Positions 1 through 11,523 are shown, counted from the first letter of the stretch. The stretch: DNA of 64,000 nucleotides from Promethearchaeota archaeon (GCA_019058445.1 JAHPZA010000006.1:128001-192000); one strand, 5' to 3'. Numbers and translations are program-made. Notes: a model not told the origin generated them from the sequence alone.

Positions 1-1
1 A

Positions 2-331
2 TTAATTTCGTCTACTTTTGGTAAATTTGAAAGCTTAAAACCATTAGAATTTATGAAATTCGAGATGGGAACCTTAGACTCAAATTTATATGTGATATAT
101 CAGAAAATTATGGAATTATTAAATATGCAAAACCTATCTCCATTGGCACTATCCACTATAGTATTTGAATCCGATGTTTGCTTTGTTCTTGTTAAGGAGG
201 TTAGTGAGAGTGCTGTTATTATGGCAGTTACTAAAAATAAGAAAATGGATGTCTTCTCCAGTGTAATTAATGCGTTGACTGGAGATAGTTTTAACGATTT
301 AAAAGAATTTATGACTAAACCGCAATTCTAA
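2..331 (+). CDS. hypothetical protein, 5'-partial (possible roadblock/longin-like alpha/beta domain)
   Basis: Frame is open from the window edge to TAA at 329-331. Alternating beta-strand pattern (STIVFESDVCFVLVKEVSESAVIMAVTK) followed by a helix; fold call is weak. Confidence 0.5.
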   Translation, partial: LISSTFGKFESLKPLEFMKFEMGTLDSNLYVIYQKIMELLNMQNLSPLALSTIVFESDVCFVLVKEVSESAVIMAVTKNKKMDVFSSVINALTGDSFNDLKEFMTKPQF

Positions 332-423
332 ATAGCATTAAATGGAATATTGAACTTAGTTCTAAAAAATTTAAAAATAAAAAATAGAATTTAAGAAAAT
401 TTATTTTGCTTATACTTTTTCAA

Positions 424-1263
424 TTAGGCTTCTTTTTCATGTAATTTTCTTTTCGTTAGCAGGTGTTGTTTTGCGTGATGTGGTCTTCTTAAGACAGTAT
501 CATTAGATTTTTCGATCTCCCTTGCTTGATCACACATTTTGGCTGCAGTAGACATCATCTCGTGAGCAGCAGCTAGTAAAGGCATGTATTCTTCTCTTTC
601 TTTAAGTTGAAAACATGCTTTCCCTGTTACTTTAGACACTGAAGAAGCAAGCTCAAAAGCAGCTAACGCTTTCGCTTCCGCATATGGATTAGAAAATCCG
701 GCAGCTTTAACTGCTTTTGTAGCATCTACAATAATTTTTGGCAAGGAAGGAGCTTTCCCCTCCAACATATCCATTATAACTTTGTTTAATTCTTCAGCTA
801 TAACGCTAAGGGCTCCTGTTATGGCAAGTACTTTTAACAAATCAGAGTTAAACACACTCATTTCAATAGGATCTAAAAAAGGCCTTCTCGCACCAATCAT
901 AGAATCACAATTTACTAAAATGTATCCCATCCCTTTTTCAGTAATTTCCTCCACTGCTTTCTTGGCTGGTGCATCAGAGATAATAATAGTAGGAATACTT
1001 CCAGCCATATCTCTTGCAGCTTTTGGTCCTTTAAGAGCTGCATTAGGAGATGACATTAAAATCAATTCAGGTTCCCATTTTAATAAATCTTTCATCGTTT
1101 CCGTACACATCTCTGGAGGATGCATCTTTGCTCCAGAAGTCACCTCGTATACATTAATTCTCGTAGCTTCAGCTCTTTCATCCATTAAAAACGCAAGTAA
1201 TAGAGAAGACCCAATTGTTCCATTTTTCAAAATTCCGATTTTTAATACTTTTCCTTCGCTCAT
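424..1263 (-). CDS. mtd: F420-dependent methylene-tetrahydromethanopterin dehydrogenase
   Basis: 279 aa; KIGILKxGxIG, DERA, SGAKM, SPNAALKGP, DSMIGARRPFLDPxEM and LRRPH motifs of Mtd. Confidence 0.93.
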   Translation of the reverse strand: MSEGKVLKIGILKNGTIGSSLLLAFLMDERAEATRINVYEVTSGAKMHPPEMCTETMKDLLKWEPELILMSSPNAALKGPKAARDMAGSIPTIIISDAPAKKAVEEITEKGMGYILVNCDSMIGARRPFLDPIEMSVFNSDLLKVLAITGALSVIAEELNKVIMDMLEGKAPSLPKIIVDATKAVKAAGFSNPYAEAKALAAFELASSVSKVTGKACFQLKEREEYMPLLAAAHEMMSTAAKMCDQAREIEKSNDTVLRRPHHAKQHLLTKRKLHEKEA

Positions 1264-1420
1264 TTTTCATTACACTATTTTTAATTGATATTGAAGTTTT
1301 AAAATATAAATTTCTATTTCTTCTATTTAATTTTGCACTATTTTTATTTTTTTTTTAAAATTTTATATAAAATGAAATCTATTAAAAATAGTAATAATTG
1401 AAAATCTAAAAAAAAGTTGA

Positions 1421-2326
1421 ATGATGATGGAATTAAATGGAGTAGAAATTGAAGATACATATTGTGAAGCATTTGGAGGATTCTTTGCTCGAGTTTTAGT
1501 GACCGCTATCAATGAAAATTGGGCCAAAATTGCGGGTTTAATAGCCACGGGTTACGGAACTTCAACAATTCACTGTGATGCTGAAGCAGCAATCGATGTT
1601 ATGGTACCCGCTAACCAAACCCCTGATAATAGGCCAGGCGCTGCTTTAATGTTCTTCATTTCGGATAAAAAGAAAGTTGGCAACGTAGTAATGAACCGTT
1701 TAGGACAATGTGTTTTGACATGCCCCACGACCGCGTGTTTTGATGCTATGAAAGGATCACTGGATCCAGAAAAAATATTTGACATAAAGATCGGAGAAAA
1801 TTTAAGGTATTTCGGTGATGGTTTCGAAGAGAAGGATGGCAACATATGGAATATTCCAGTTATGGATGGGATTTTTAAATGCCAAGACATGATGAAAGTT
1901 GGTAAAGGTATTGCAGGAGGAAATTTCCTTATAATTGGAAAAGATCAAGCATCCACTTTAAAAGCTGCTGAAGCTTCAATAGATGCAATTAAGGATCTTG
2001 AAGATGCAATAGCCGCATTCCCAGGTGGTATTGCAAGATCTGGTTCAAAAGTAGGTTCTAAATATAGTTTCCTAGGTGCTTCAACAAACGACGCATACTG
2101 TCCAGCTTTGAGAGAAAAATCTGAGAATACAGCACTCAAAGAGGGGGATAACTGTGTATACGAAGTTATCTTAGATGGAGCCACTGAAGATGCATTAAAA
2201 ATGGCAATGAAATTAGGAGTTGAAGCTGCTGTTAAAGTTTCCGGCGTAAACCGGATTTCTGCAGGAAATTACGGAGGTAAGCTAGGAAAATTTCAATATC
2301 ACCTAAAAGATGTCTTAGGATTATAA
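1421..2326 (+). CDS. ftr: formylmethanofuran:tetrahydromethanopterin formyltransferase
   Basis: NGVEIEDTYCEAF, TPDxRPG, GQCVLTCPTTA, FPGGIARSGSKVGS and ISAGNYGGKLG motifs. Confidence 0.96.
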   Translation: MMMELNGVEIEDTYCEAFGGFFARVLVTAINENWAKIAGLIATGYGTSTIHCDAEAAIDVMVPANQTPDNRPGAALMFFISDKKKVGNVVMNRLGQCVLTCPTTACFDAMKGSLDPEKIFDIKIGENLRYFGDGFEEKDGNIWNIPVMDGIFKCQDMMKVGKGIAGGNFLIIGKDQASTLKAAEASIDAIKDLEDAIAAFPGGIARSGSKVGSKYSFLGASTNDAYCPALREKSENTALKEGDNCVYEVILDGATEDALKMAMKLGVEAAVKVSGVNRISAGNYGGKLGKFQYHLKDVLGL

Positions 2327-2367
2327 ATTCGAAATTCAAAAAAAAAATAAAACAATTTTTTTCTTTA

Positions 2368-4095
2368 TTATAATTTTCTTTTTATTTTTCGCTTAGGAGC
2401 AGGTTTTTTAGGTTCTTCTTTCTCAGATACCTTTTCAATTTCTTTTTCAACGCGTTTTGGCTTAGCTGGAGTTGGTTTTTCTTCAGTGGGTTTTTTTGCG
2501 GGTTTTTTCTCCTTCTTAATAGGTATTTTCTCTTCTAAGGGTTTATATTTTGCATATTTTGATTTACCTGTATGATAACCCACTCCAATACCGACAATTA
2601 TTCCTATGATCGAACCGACTACTAACGTAATCCATGGTAAGATGTCTGAAATTAAATCAGGAACAACTGTTATTTGTTGGGGACCAGTATCAAAATCATC
2701 ATCGAGATCGGTGGTTTCACCATCCGTATCAGTAACAGAGACGTAAACAGTCCAAGTTCCAGAGCTTAAATCTTCTGTTCTAATGGTTAATTCAGAACCA
2801 CCATCTTCATATGCTACAGAAGCTTCATATTCATCCTTTTCGTCAGCCATTGGATCTTCCAAAATAAGTTCCACAGTAATATAGGAAATTCCCTCAACAT
2901 CACTCACATCAAAATCGAATTCCAAATCATCACCATAAGGAACCGAAATTCTTTCATCAGTATCAATATCATTAATCTCGTATCCATCTATATCTGGAGC
3001 ATTATTTTTTATTAATACTCCAGTATTTTGAACAGTCACCCCTCCATTGCCATCATCAGCAGTAAACTCAACATTATAATTTCCTTTAGGTCGGCTTCCA
3101 TCTATCGTAAAGTTCCCTTCAAAGACATTACCTTGGCTATTAAATAATTCGGGATTATCAATCGTAACTGTTTGACCATTTGTATCAGTTATTTTCATAT
3201 TAACTCCCTGCATATCACTTTCCTTATCACTAGCATTTAATGTCACAACACAAAATTCTTCTCTAAAAACTGAGCTTGGGCTAAATTTAATATTACTAAT
3301 TACCGGATCCGAATTCTTGATAAAAAATCCAAAATAATCTGCATGCCAAGTAGTCCAAAAATCTTCTGTCAAATTTACTGCAACATAATAATAGCTATTA
3401 ACACGGTCAAAACTCTCATCTATAGTGAAGTTAATTTGAAAGGGATTTTTCGTAAATTCTTGAATTATATGTTGTTGAGATGCAGTAGTGGCATTTACAA
3501 CTAGGATCTCCCAATCATAGTTATCAGATTCGTCAATTGCAATATCAGCAACTACTTCCTCATCTCTATAATATTCACTACTATTAAATCCAACCATGCT
3601 AGTAGATCTTATTGTAAAATTTGTATAGGTTGTTTGAGTATTTAAAAGGTAATTTGTAGAATTACGGATTTCAAAGCTTACTCTTTGTAATCCTAATGGA
3701 GCATTTCCCCTTGGAGTGTATGTATATGTAAAATTTTTATTAGTTCCTGGGATATATGACATGTTAAAAAGCGAATCCGAGTTGTTAGTAAAGTATATCC
3801 TCATATAGGTCTTATTTGCAGCTAAAAATCCAGATACATTAACGGTTATATTAATTGATTGAAATCCCCGACGAATTATTGTAGTATTTCTAAATATTGA
3901 GGAATAATTTAGAGTATTTACTCCATTTGCGGATTTTAACTTATCTTTTCGATCTAAAAATTCACTATCTTGACCAACATATCTAAAATTGTCACTATCC
4001 TTATTATTCTCTGCTGAGAGCAGAGCAATACCCAGAAAAGTATTGAATACCAGTAAAAAAAAGAGCACAATGCAAAATGTTTTTTTTTTATTCAT
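2368..4095 (-). CDS. secreted, C-terminally membrane-anchored surface protein with Ig-like beta domains and Lys/Pro/Glu-rich tail
   Basis: N-terminal hydrophobic signal, many NxS/T sequons, repeated 'N..P.I' Ig-like modules, C-terminal TM helix followed by a basic low-complexity tail. Confidence 0.75.
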   Translation of the reverse strand: MNKKKTFCIVLFFLLVFNTFLGIALLSAENNKDSDNFRYVGQDSEFLDRKDKLKSANGVNTLNYSSIFRNTTIIRRGFQSINITVNVSGFLAANKTYMRIYFTNNSDSLFNMSYIPGTNKNFTYTYTPRGNAPLGLQRVSFEIRNSTNYLLNTQTTYTNFTIRSTSMVGFNSSEYYRDEEVVADIAIDESDNYDWEILVVNATTASQQHIIQEFTKNPFQINFTIDESFDRVNSYYYVAVNLTEDFWTTWHADYFGFFIKNSDPVISNIKFSPSSVFREEFCVVTLNASDKESDMQGVNMKITDTNGQTVTIDNPELFNSQGNVFEGNFTIDGSRPKGNYNVEFTADDGNGGVTVQNTGVLIKNNAPDIDGYEINDIDTDERISVPYGDDLEFDFDVSDVEGISYITVELILEDPMADEKDEYEASVAYEDGGSELTIRTEDLSSGTWTVYVSVTDTDGETTDLDDDFDTGPQQITVVPDLISDILPWITLVVGSIIGIIVGIGVGYHTGKSKYAKYKPLEEKIPIKKEKKPAKKPTEEKPTPAKPKRVEKEIEKVSEKEEPKKPAPKRKIKRKL

Positions 4096-4114
4096 TAATT
4101 AATCTCCAAAATGC

Positions 4115-6949
4115 TTATCTTCGTAATAATTTAAATTTTATCTCCTTATTTTTATAATACAAAATAACACTCACGGGAATAATAATAGGAAGTATATAAA
4201 ATAATAGCAAATTAATAGCTGATAATTGAATTTCTGACTCGAAGTACTCCTCAACAATAACGTCGTCGTCGTTATCTTCTAGTTCAATATGAAATCTTTT
4301 GTAACCAAATTCATAAGGATTAATTGTTGGTAACACATCAACTTCTATTCTATTCTCTCCTGGAGGGAGTTCCTCTATATCAGTATCAATTTTATCATCA
4401 TTAATTAATAACGTAAACTCTTGAGAACTTTCTTGGTTGTTTTTAATTATTAAAATTAACTTTGCCGACTCTCCTTGTACTACTTTTTCAGGATATTTTA
4501 TACTAACAATTTCAAATTTTGATAAGATATTAACCGTTAAAATTTCACTTTTAATTACAGTGCTTCCTTTTAAAATTTTCATAGTAATTCCAAATGAATC
4601 AACATCAGTCCCACTAGATATAGAAATCCTTAGTAACACAGTTCTAATTTCACTCTCATCTAGCGTATATGAAAATAACCTGGTGCCTACAACGAATTCT
4701 CCCGTAAAAGTTACGTTTAACGATTGGTTATCAGCTATTAAATAATTAATTAGTTCAAAGGAAACTTGGATACTATTACCTGGTACAACATATTTATTAT
4801 AAAGCAGATTTGAATAAGTAAGAGCATCAGATATGAAAAAAGAATCCATATATTCTAAATAAAGAATCGTTCCATCCATGAATATAATACTCAATGCTCT
4901 TGATCCATTTACAGCGGAGGTTATTGCTGAGATATTTAATTGAATTAAAGTTTCAGAGTTATTTGCGAACACTAAATCAGTTAGGGTATAATTAATGGCA
5001 CCAAAGGCTTCCACAGATACGTTTAGCGTTAGATTGTAGTTATATAGGCTTTTGATCGTAATATTAAAATCTCGAGTTTGACCTTGATAAAACTCATCAA
5101 CTTCATCAATCTCATCTAAACCTATTACCTCTTTAACCTCTAAACCAGATATGACATTGAATGTTTTATTCGCGAAAGCTACACCAAAATATGTCGAATT
5201 AGCTTTAATATTAATTGTATAACCATTACCAACGGGTAGCGAATCTGTTATCGGATAAATCAATGTTGTTGTATTATCTTGGATATCATTTCTAATCACT
5301 TCTATGATTGTTCCATTAGGATAACGAAAAATATAAGTGATAACTCCCCCAGTAATATCATTATATCTAGTGAGATTTGTTCCCGGAGTTGTTGGGTGGT
5401 ATGAATAGCGGATTTCCTTTTCAAATGCATAATCGCAAGTTATATTAATAGCATCTTGATTAAAAATGTAATCTTGCGGGTCAGTGATATTAAATGTAGC
5501 GTCTAAGACAGTACTATTGTAGATGCCAAGGGCATTCAAATAAGCCTCTGTTAATCTTAAGTTAGAGGTAAGGTTTATATTTGTATTGTCACTTGATACT
5601 GGATGAAAGGATGTGATATATGCATTATGCGAGGCGTCATACATTCGATTTTCAAAGGTTCTATATATTTCAATTGCTCTATCATAATAGGTTATATTCC
5701 CGGTAACTTCAAATAGTTTTAAGCAAGCTTGCATCCATAGAGCATTTGCTTCTAAATCATATCGATTATATGGATCAGTATTGGGTAATAAGTCAGACCA
5801 ATCAAAATTTGAAGCATATCGAGAAACATTATCAGCCCCTTCCCATAAGTTGTCATATATAAGATTATAAATTCGGGTTGCATTTTTAAAATATAATGAA
5901 TGTACATTCATCTCTTCATTTTCAATCCAATAATTCAGTAAAGCAAGTATTCCTAGTGCATTTACATCTAGATATTTAAAATCATTCCCAGGTAAGACAT
6001 TCCAATTATTACGGGCAGCTTTATAAAAACCTCCTTTTTGGTTGTCCCACATTTTCTCTATAAGAGTTTCCATCACAGAATTCGCAATGTCAAATGCATC
6101 ATCACCACTAAAAATGCTACTTTGAAAACCGTTTCGATAAAGATGATAATATGCCAGTATTGTATAAAAGTTGCTTTTCATTTGGTAAATACTTCCAGTC
6201 GATGTGGAATTATAATCCAAGAAACCATTATCTGTTGTATTATAGAATAAGGATGAGTTAACTAGAAGTAATGTTTCTTCTAATGAATCTTTGGCATTTG
6301 CTCCGTTATAAGTGATATCCTCTAAATTTTCTTTACCATCTCCTACTAATAAATAAATCGGCATTACATTATCAATTAAATACCTATTACTATCTGTAAT
6401 ATCACCTGTGATCCCATCTACTGTACCTACAAAGCCATATTCAAATTGGCCTGTATCGTTTTTATACCAAAGTGGAGTAGTTTTTAATTTAGAATATGCT
6501 TCAAAGGTCTCATTTTGACCATAATTAAAATCTAATAATGAATTGTATATTAGAAGGTTATCCAAGGAATACACTCCATTATCAATAGGGTTATCTCCAG
6601 CATCTTTTGCTCTTATATAAGTTGAGATGTCATAGTCTGTTAAATCAGAACGAAAGCTAGTATTGAAATAATGCCATATAGAGCTAAAATTAATTGTAAA
6701 AGGATCTTGAAGTTCATTAGGATCATCTGCCGTTTTTGGAAATAATGGATTAAATTCTGTAATAAAATCAGTATTATCATTTATTCTAGATTTATTAGAT
6801 AAATCAAGTTGATTGTTTTGATTCTGTATAAATATAAAATTTGAAATAATCATGAATCCTAAAAAAAAGATGATTATAATTTTTTTTGCGATTCTCTTTT
6901 CAATATATCTCTTTCTATTTCCTAAAGAAGGATTTTTAAAAAAATTCAT
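4115..6949 (-). CDS. membrane-anchored surface protein with (alpha/alpha)6 barrel (GH76/AGE-like) and Ig-like domains
   Basis: 944 aa; WDxxxGGFY, KYLDVNALGI and LFEVTGNxTYYDRAxEIY repeats typical of six-hairpin glycosidase folds; N- and C-terminal TM segments. Confidence 0.65.
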   Translation of the reverse strand: MNFFKNPSLGNRKRYIEKRIAKKIIIIFFLGFMIISNFIFIQNQNNQLDLSNKSRINDNTDFITEFNPLFPKTADDPNELQDPFTINFSSIWHYFNTSFRSDLTDYDISTYIRAKDAGDNPIDNGVYSLDNLLIYNSLLDFNYGQNETFEAYSKLKTTPLWYKNDTGQFEYGFVGTVDGITGDITDSNRYLIDNVMPIYLLVGDGKENLEDITYNGANAKDSLEETLLLVNSSLFYNTTDNGFLDYNSTSTGSIYQMKSNFYTILAYYHLYRNGFQSSIFSGDDAFDIANSVMETLIEKMWDNQKGGFYKAARNNWNVLPGNDFKYLDVNALGILALLNYWIENEEMNVHSLYFKNATRIYNLIYDNLWEGADNVSRYASNFDWSDLLPNTDPYNRYDLEANALWMQACLKLFEVTGNITYYDRAIEIYRTFENRMYDASHNAYITSFHPVSSDNTNINLTSNLRLTEAYLNALGIYNSTVLDATFNITDPQDYIFNQDAINITCDYAFEKEIRYSYHPTTPGTNLTRYNDITGGVITYIFRYPNGTIIEVIRNDIQDNTTTLIYPITDSLPVGNGYTINIKANSTYFGVAFANKTFNVISGLEVKEVIGLDEIDEVDEFYQGQTRDFNITIKSLYNYNLTLNVSVEAFGAINYTLTDLVFANNSETLIQLNISAITSAVNGSRALSIIFMDGTILYLEYMDSFFISDALTYSNLLYNKYVVPGNSIQVSFELINYLIADNQSLNVTFTGEFVVGTRLFSYTLDESEIRTVLLRISISSGTDVDSFGITMKILKGSTVIKSEILTVNILSKFEIVSIKYPEKVVQGESAKLILIIKNNQESSQEFTLLINDDKIDTDIEELPPGENRIEVDVLPTINPYEFGYKRFHIELEDNDDDVIVEEYFESEIQLSAINLLLFYILPIIIPVSVILYYKNKEIKFKLLRR

Positions 6950-7174
6950 TTAACCTTTTTCAATCTAATATCGTAACTTTTCACAGAAGTTATATTTTTT
7001 AAATTTTTAAGATTTTAAAAATTTATTAAAACTTTTATCTCTTTTTTAAAAAAACTGTCTATTTGAGAAAAGTTATATACACAAACTAATGTTAGATTAC
7101 ATAAAATTTGCTATATAATCTTATCTCTAGACTCTTTAGTAAATTTGTTTCTGAAGCGTATAGAAATAGAGAGT

Positions 7175-8677
7175 TTAAGGTGTAATATTTAAAAGCTTAT
7201 CATTTATTACTTCTGGAACTTTTGAAATTTCTATTCTTCGTTGTTTCATAGTATCTCTCTCTCTAATTGTGACTGTGTTATCCTTAAGTGATTCATAGTC
7301 AATAGTAATGCAGAAAGGAGTCCCTAACTCGTCTTGTCTACGATATCTTTTTCCTATTGAGCCTGCAGCATCAAAAAAAGAGCTAATTCGATGTTTTAAC
7401 AAATTTTTATGTACATCTATTGCGATTTTTCTAATACTTTCTTTATTCTTTACAAGGGGAAACACCGCAACTGTGTTTGGGGCTAAAGTTGGATTCAATT
7501 TTAAGTTAATCCTCCCGTCTTCTACATTAAATGCGGTTTCAAGTAAAGTATATATAATTCTATCTGGTCCAAAAGCAATCTCAAGAATTTGAGGGATCTC
7601 CTTATTTTTAGGATCTTGTCCCATAGGAACCTCAAAATTTTGGTTAGAAAATTCTCCATGACGTCTGAGGTCATATTCAGTCCGATCATGTATTCCACAA
7701 ATTTCTACCCAACCAAATTGATTGGTTTTAATTTCCAAATCCCATGCATCATCTGCATAATGAGCTCTCTCATTTGGAGAATGTTGCCTAAGCCTAATTA
7801 CTTCCTCAGGATATCCTAATATTTTAGTTAAATAGTATCCAAGATAAATACAGTACGCATAGGCAGGTTTCTTAAGAATATTATCGTTAAGTGCTTTCTC
7901 TAAAGAAATAGTATTAGGAATATCAATGTTTTCTTCTTGTAATCTCCAATTAAGTAAAGGTAATTCATATGTTTTTACCTCGTTAAAGTCCTCATAGTCC
8001 ATTTCCTGCTCTTTTCCAATGAATAATTGAAGTTCAAATTGATCAAAAGCTCTCATTCGAAGAACTTGTTGTCTTGGAGATATTTCATTCCTGTATGCCT
8101 TCCCATATTGAAAGATTTTAACAGGGTATTGCCTTCTGGCATCTTGATCAAGTCGATTAAAAAGTAAATACGTAGTTGTTGCTGTCTCTGGACGGAGATA
8201 AGCAATATTTCCAGCCCCTACTTCAGTTTTTAGCATAAGATTATATTCTTCGATCTTTTCAAATGGTGTATCACATTTCGGACATGAAATATTATTTTTA
8301 TCTATTAATTCCTCCATTTTGTCATATGACATCCCATCAATCATTAGATCTGGGAAGAGATCTTGAAGAAATTTGTCAGCACGCTGCATTGTATCACATT
8401 TCTTGCATTTTAACACAGGATCTATAAATCTTTCCAGGTGGCCTGATGCTTTCCATACAATTTCTGGCATAATAGTTGGACATTCGACTTCTCCAAAACC
8501 AAATGCGCGAAGTTCCTGCCTAAAAAGTGATAAAACTTTGTTTTTAAGAGCCATACCTGCAGGACCATATGAATAAAATCCTGCAAGCCCCCCATAAATT
8601 TCTGGTGAGGGCCCCCATATAAATCCCCTCCTTTTTAACAAAGAATTAAACGTCTCTATAGTGTTGTCAATTTTCAT
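7175..8677 (-). CDS. glyS: glycine--tRNA ligase (archaeal/eukaryotic homodimeric type)
   Basis: KRRGF..SPEIYGG, YLRPETA, GKAYRNEISPR, ERAHYA and SIGKRYRRQDELGTPFCITID motifs. Confidence 0.97.
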   Translation of the reverse strand: MKIDNTIETFNSLLKRRGFIWGPSPEIYGGLAGFYSYGPAGMALKNKVLSLFRQELRAFGFGEVECPTIMPEIVWKASGHLERFIDPVLKCKKCDTMQRADKFLQDLFPDLMIDGMSYDKMEELIDKNNISCPKCDTPFEKIEEYNLMLKTEVGAGNIAYLRPETATTTYLLFNRLDQDARRQYPVKIFQYGKAYRNEISPRQQVLRMRAFDQFELQLFIGKEQEMDYEDFNEVKTYELPLLNWRLQEENIDIPNTISLEKALNDNILKKPAYAYCIYLGYYLTKILGYPEEVIRLRQHSPNERAHYADDAWDLEIKTNQFGWVEICGIHDRTEYDLRRHGEFSNQNFEVPMGQDPKNKEIPQILEIAFGPDRIIYTLLETAFNVEDGRINLKLNPTLAPNTVAVFPLVKNKESIRKIAIDVHKNLLKHRISSFFDAAGSIGKRYRRQDELGTPFCITIDYESLKDNTVTIRERDTMKQRRIEISKVPEVINDKLLNITP

Positions 8678-8865
8678 TTTGTATTATAACTCAATTCTAT
8701 TAGTAAGAAAGAATAAACCATAATTTTTTTAGTTTCATATTTTAAGTATTCTCGAAAAAATTAATATTTAAAAAAGATAAATAGATTATTATAATCAAAA
8801 CTCTAAATTTAATTTATTAAATTAGAAACATTAAAAATATTGTAAATTTTAACGAGTGATTTATT

Positions 8866-9708
8866 TTGATTTTTGAAAACAATTTCAGATATTTCGGCTT
8901 CTTTGATGCCATTGAGATGGGCTTATATTTTGTAATAGTAGGCTACTACTTCCTAATTTTCGCATTCTTCTTACTTATGAGATTTAGAACTTCTAAACGA
9001 TTATATTGGTTATTTTTTAGCTTTTTATTTCTATTTTTAGCTGCGGGAAGAGTGTTTTTTATCGCGTATTATTTTTTCATTCCTGAACTTCAGGGTTCGA
9101 TGGGAAATGTCGAGCTCGCTTCAACACTCATGCTTTTTTATCGATTAGCTCAGTTCTCTTCATGGTTGGCTGTGGCATGTCTAATGGGTGTGTTAGGTGT
9201 GCTTCTCTTCCCTCCAGAGGCAGAATCAGATCCTACACCTAAAACTGATAATACTAGCACAATTATCACTTTAACACCTAATTTGAAAATTGTATTTAGA
9301 ATTATTCTCATTGCAATTCCAGTGTTCATTGGTATTCTTACATTGGTATTACCAGATAAACTTTTTATGGATCCTGAAATTGTTGAAAAGTACGATTTAG
9401 ATATAGAGTTAGATACTATTTGGGGATTTCCAATTGGGATTTTCATAATAAACTTAGTACTTTTACCGATATTTATTATAGCAATTCCATTTTTGTTTAT
9501 TTACTTAGCTATAAAGACATATGGTGTGTTAAGAAAATCTTATGCTTTAAACGCAGTAGGATTTCTTCTCTATTACACAGGAAGACTTTTGCAAGGTTTA
9601 TTTGAAATAGCAAGATGGCCCCATCTTGAATCGACAATTCCGCCTTTAATTATTCTCCTTTCCTTGTTGATCATAGTAATTGCTAACAACTATGAACAAC
9701 TCAGGTAA
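8866..9708 (+). CDS. multi-pass (about 7 TM) membrane protein
   Basis: TTG start after GAGTGA; about seven hydrophobic helices. Confidence 0.75.
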   Translation: MIFENNFRYFGFFDAIEMGLYFVIVGYYFLIFAFFLLMRFRTSKRLYWLFFSFLFLFLAAGRVFFIAYYFFIPELQGSMGNVELASTLMLFYRLAQFSSWLAVACLMGVLGVLLFPPEAESDPTPKTDNTSTIITLTPNLKIVFRIILIAIPVFIGILTLVLPDKLFMDPEIVEKYDLDIELDTIWGFPIGIFIINLVLLPIFIIAIPFLFIYLAIKTYGVLRKSYALNAVGFLLYYTGRLLQGLFEIARWPHLESTIPPLIILLSLLIIVIANNYEQLR

Positions 9709-9874
9709 AAGAAGTATAATTTATAAATCCGTATTTTATTATTAAATGTAGAGTTTTGAAGAAAATTTCATCCTTTTATCATGTAATTAAAAATAAAATT
9801 TTCTATGAAAAAATAAAAATATATTTCAATAATCCATTATAGAATTAATAAAAAAAACTTGAGGGAAAGAAGTT

Positions 9875-11500
9875 ATGTCTATTCATGGAAACCAGTATCT
9901 ATTACCATTATTATTACGTAAAGATCCAAGCTTACCTTACATTTATGAGAATGACGAATTAGCTATTGTATTCTATTTATTGACAAAGGATTTAAAACAA
10001 GAGAAGATCCTCTCTTTTTCAAAATTATTATGGCCTTTATTAAGTATTCAGGGTGTTATCTCAACACATATCATACTGGATGGGCTAAATGTTTTTTCTA
10101 AAACTGGAAAGTTTAGTAATCCTCCTAGACAACCTTTAATAGGCCATATCTTAAGAAATATAGAAGGAAAGTCCGAAATCGAGATTTTAAATAAAATAAT
10201 TGAAATCCTAACATATAAAGATGTTGAAGCTGAAGAAATTGGATCAGGAGAGGAATCGGAATATCAAGCACTAAATATTAAGGGTCTGATTAATCCAGAA
10301 TACCTTCAATCTATTTTAAAAATTATTCCTTATTTAGATTATTTACCAATTGCAAATTACTCTCCATTAGATACTAGTATAACTACTGAAGATGCTTTGG
10401 ATATCTCTGAAAAATATAGAAATACAATTGATACTATGAAAGGAAATGCGTTTCGATGGGAAACTCAAATCTCATTAATAGATAAAGAAATAAATAAGTG
10501 GGTAACTGATCTGACAGTTAAATTGAAGGATGTGGAATTATTGTATTCTTCCCAAATTAATAAAACAAGTTCGACGATAAATAATACTCAAGCGAAAGAG
10601 CAATTAGAGTTAGAACAAGATAAAGTTGATCAATGGAAAGCAAATGAGAAAAGGACCTTAATAGAAAATATAACAGTTCTTTTTAAAACTGCTGAAAGAA
10701 ATCTTCAAGAAATTATTAAAAAAAATAGATTTTTTAGTCAAGAAGATTCATTAAAGTCTAAAGTTTTCGAAGATCTTATTCATCCATTCGAAAACCATTT
10801 TAAATATTTGAAAGAAGAGGGTAAAACATTTGTAAATAATGTGGAAAATTTGCAAAACAAGTTTAATGAAATAAAAGAACAAGCTTCTCGGATTGATAGG
10901 GAAGCTGAAAATAAACTTATAAAATTTAAAGAAGAATTAGACGAAAAACTCAAAGACCGTGATGCTCAACTTGGAGTTTTTAAGGAGGAAAAAGAAGAAA
11001 AGATTACTCAATTAAGAAATTTACAAAAAGAAATTGAAACACTAAACAATAAAATTAAACAAATCATTCAATCTAAAATAAATGAATGTTTTCAAGATGC
11101 AAATGATTTAATAGATTGGTCGATTGTGGATACCCAAGATGAGTTATTTTCTAAGCCAATTCAATGGATATATATGCCCTTGTATGCTATGTTTGTAGAG
11201 AATGAGGAATCAATGGAGGAACAAATGTACGTGATTTTGCCGGGGTATATAGGTGATATTAATACATTATATGAAGATTTATCAGAGTCTTTTTTAGAAT
11301 TTAAAATCCTTCTAAATAAGAAGATTGAAGAAGATATGAGAATTAGATCAAATTTTGAATTTTCAGTTGAAAAAAATAATTTGATTAAAGACCCAAATTT
11401 TAAGAAGAGAATTGAAATGGGAATCTCCATCTTAAAAAATAAAGGATTAATGAACGATCACATTGAAGCAACAATTAAAGAAAAACTGAATTTAATATAA
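9875..11500 (+). CDS. hypothetical protein with long central coiled coil
   Basis: 541-aa ORF with heptad-rich E/K/Q/N region at about residues 180-410. Confidence 0.75.
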   Translation: MSIHGNQYLLPLLLRKDPSLPYIYENDELAIVFYLLTKDLKQEKILSFSKLLWPLLSIQGVISTHIILDGLNVFSKTGKFSNPPRQPLIGHILRNIEGKSEIEILNKIIEILTYKDVEAEEIGSGEESEYQALNIKGLINPEYLQSILKIIPYLDYLPIANYSPLDTSITTEDALDISEKYRNTIDTMKGNAFRWETQISLIDKEINKWVTDLTVKLKDVELLYSSQINKTSSTINNTQAKEQLELEQDKVDQWKANEKRTLIENITVLFKTAERNLQEIIKKNRFFSQEDSLKSKVFEDLIHPFENHFKYLKEEGKTFVNNVENLQNKFNEIKEQASRIDREAENKLIKFKEELDEKLKDRDAQLGVFKEEKEEKITQLRNLQKEIETLNNKIKQIIQSKINECFQDANDLIDWSIVDTQDELFSKPIQWIYMPLYAMFVENEESMEEQMYVILPGYIGDINTLYEDLSESFLEFKILLNKKIEEDMRIRSNFEFSVEKNNLIKDPNFKKRIEMGISILKNKGLMNDHIEATIKEKLNLI

Positions 11501-11523
11501 TAATTTTATTTTTATTTATTATA

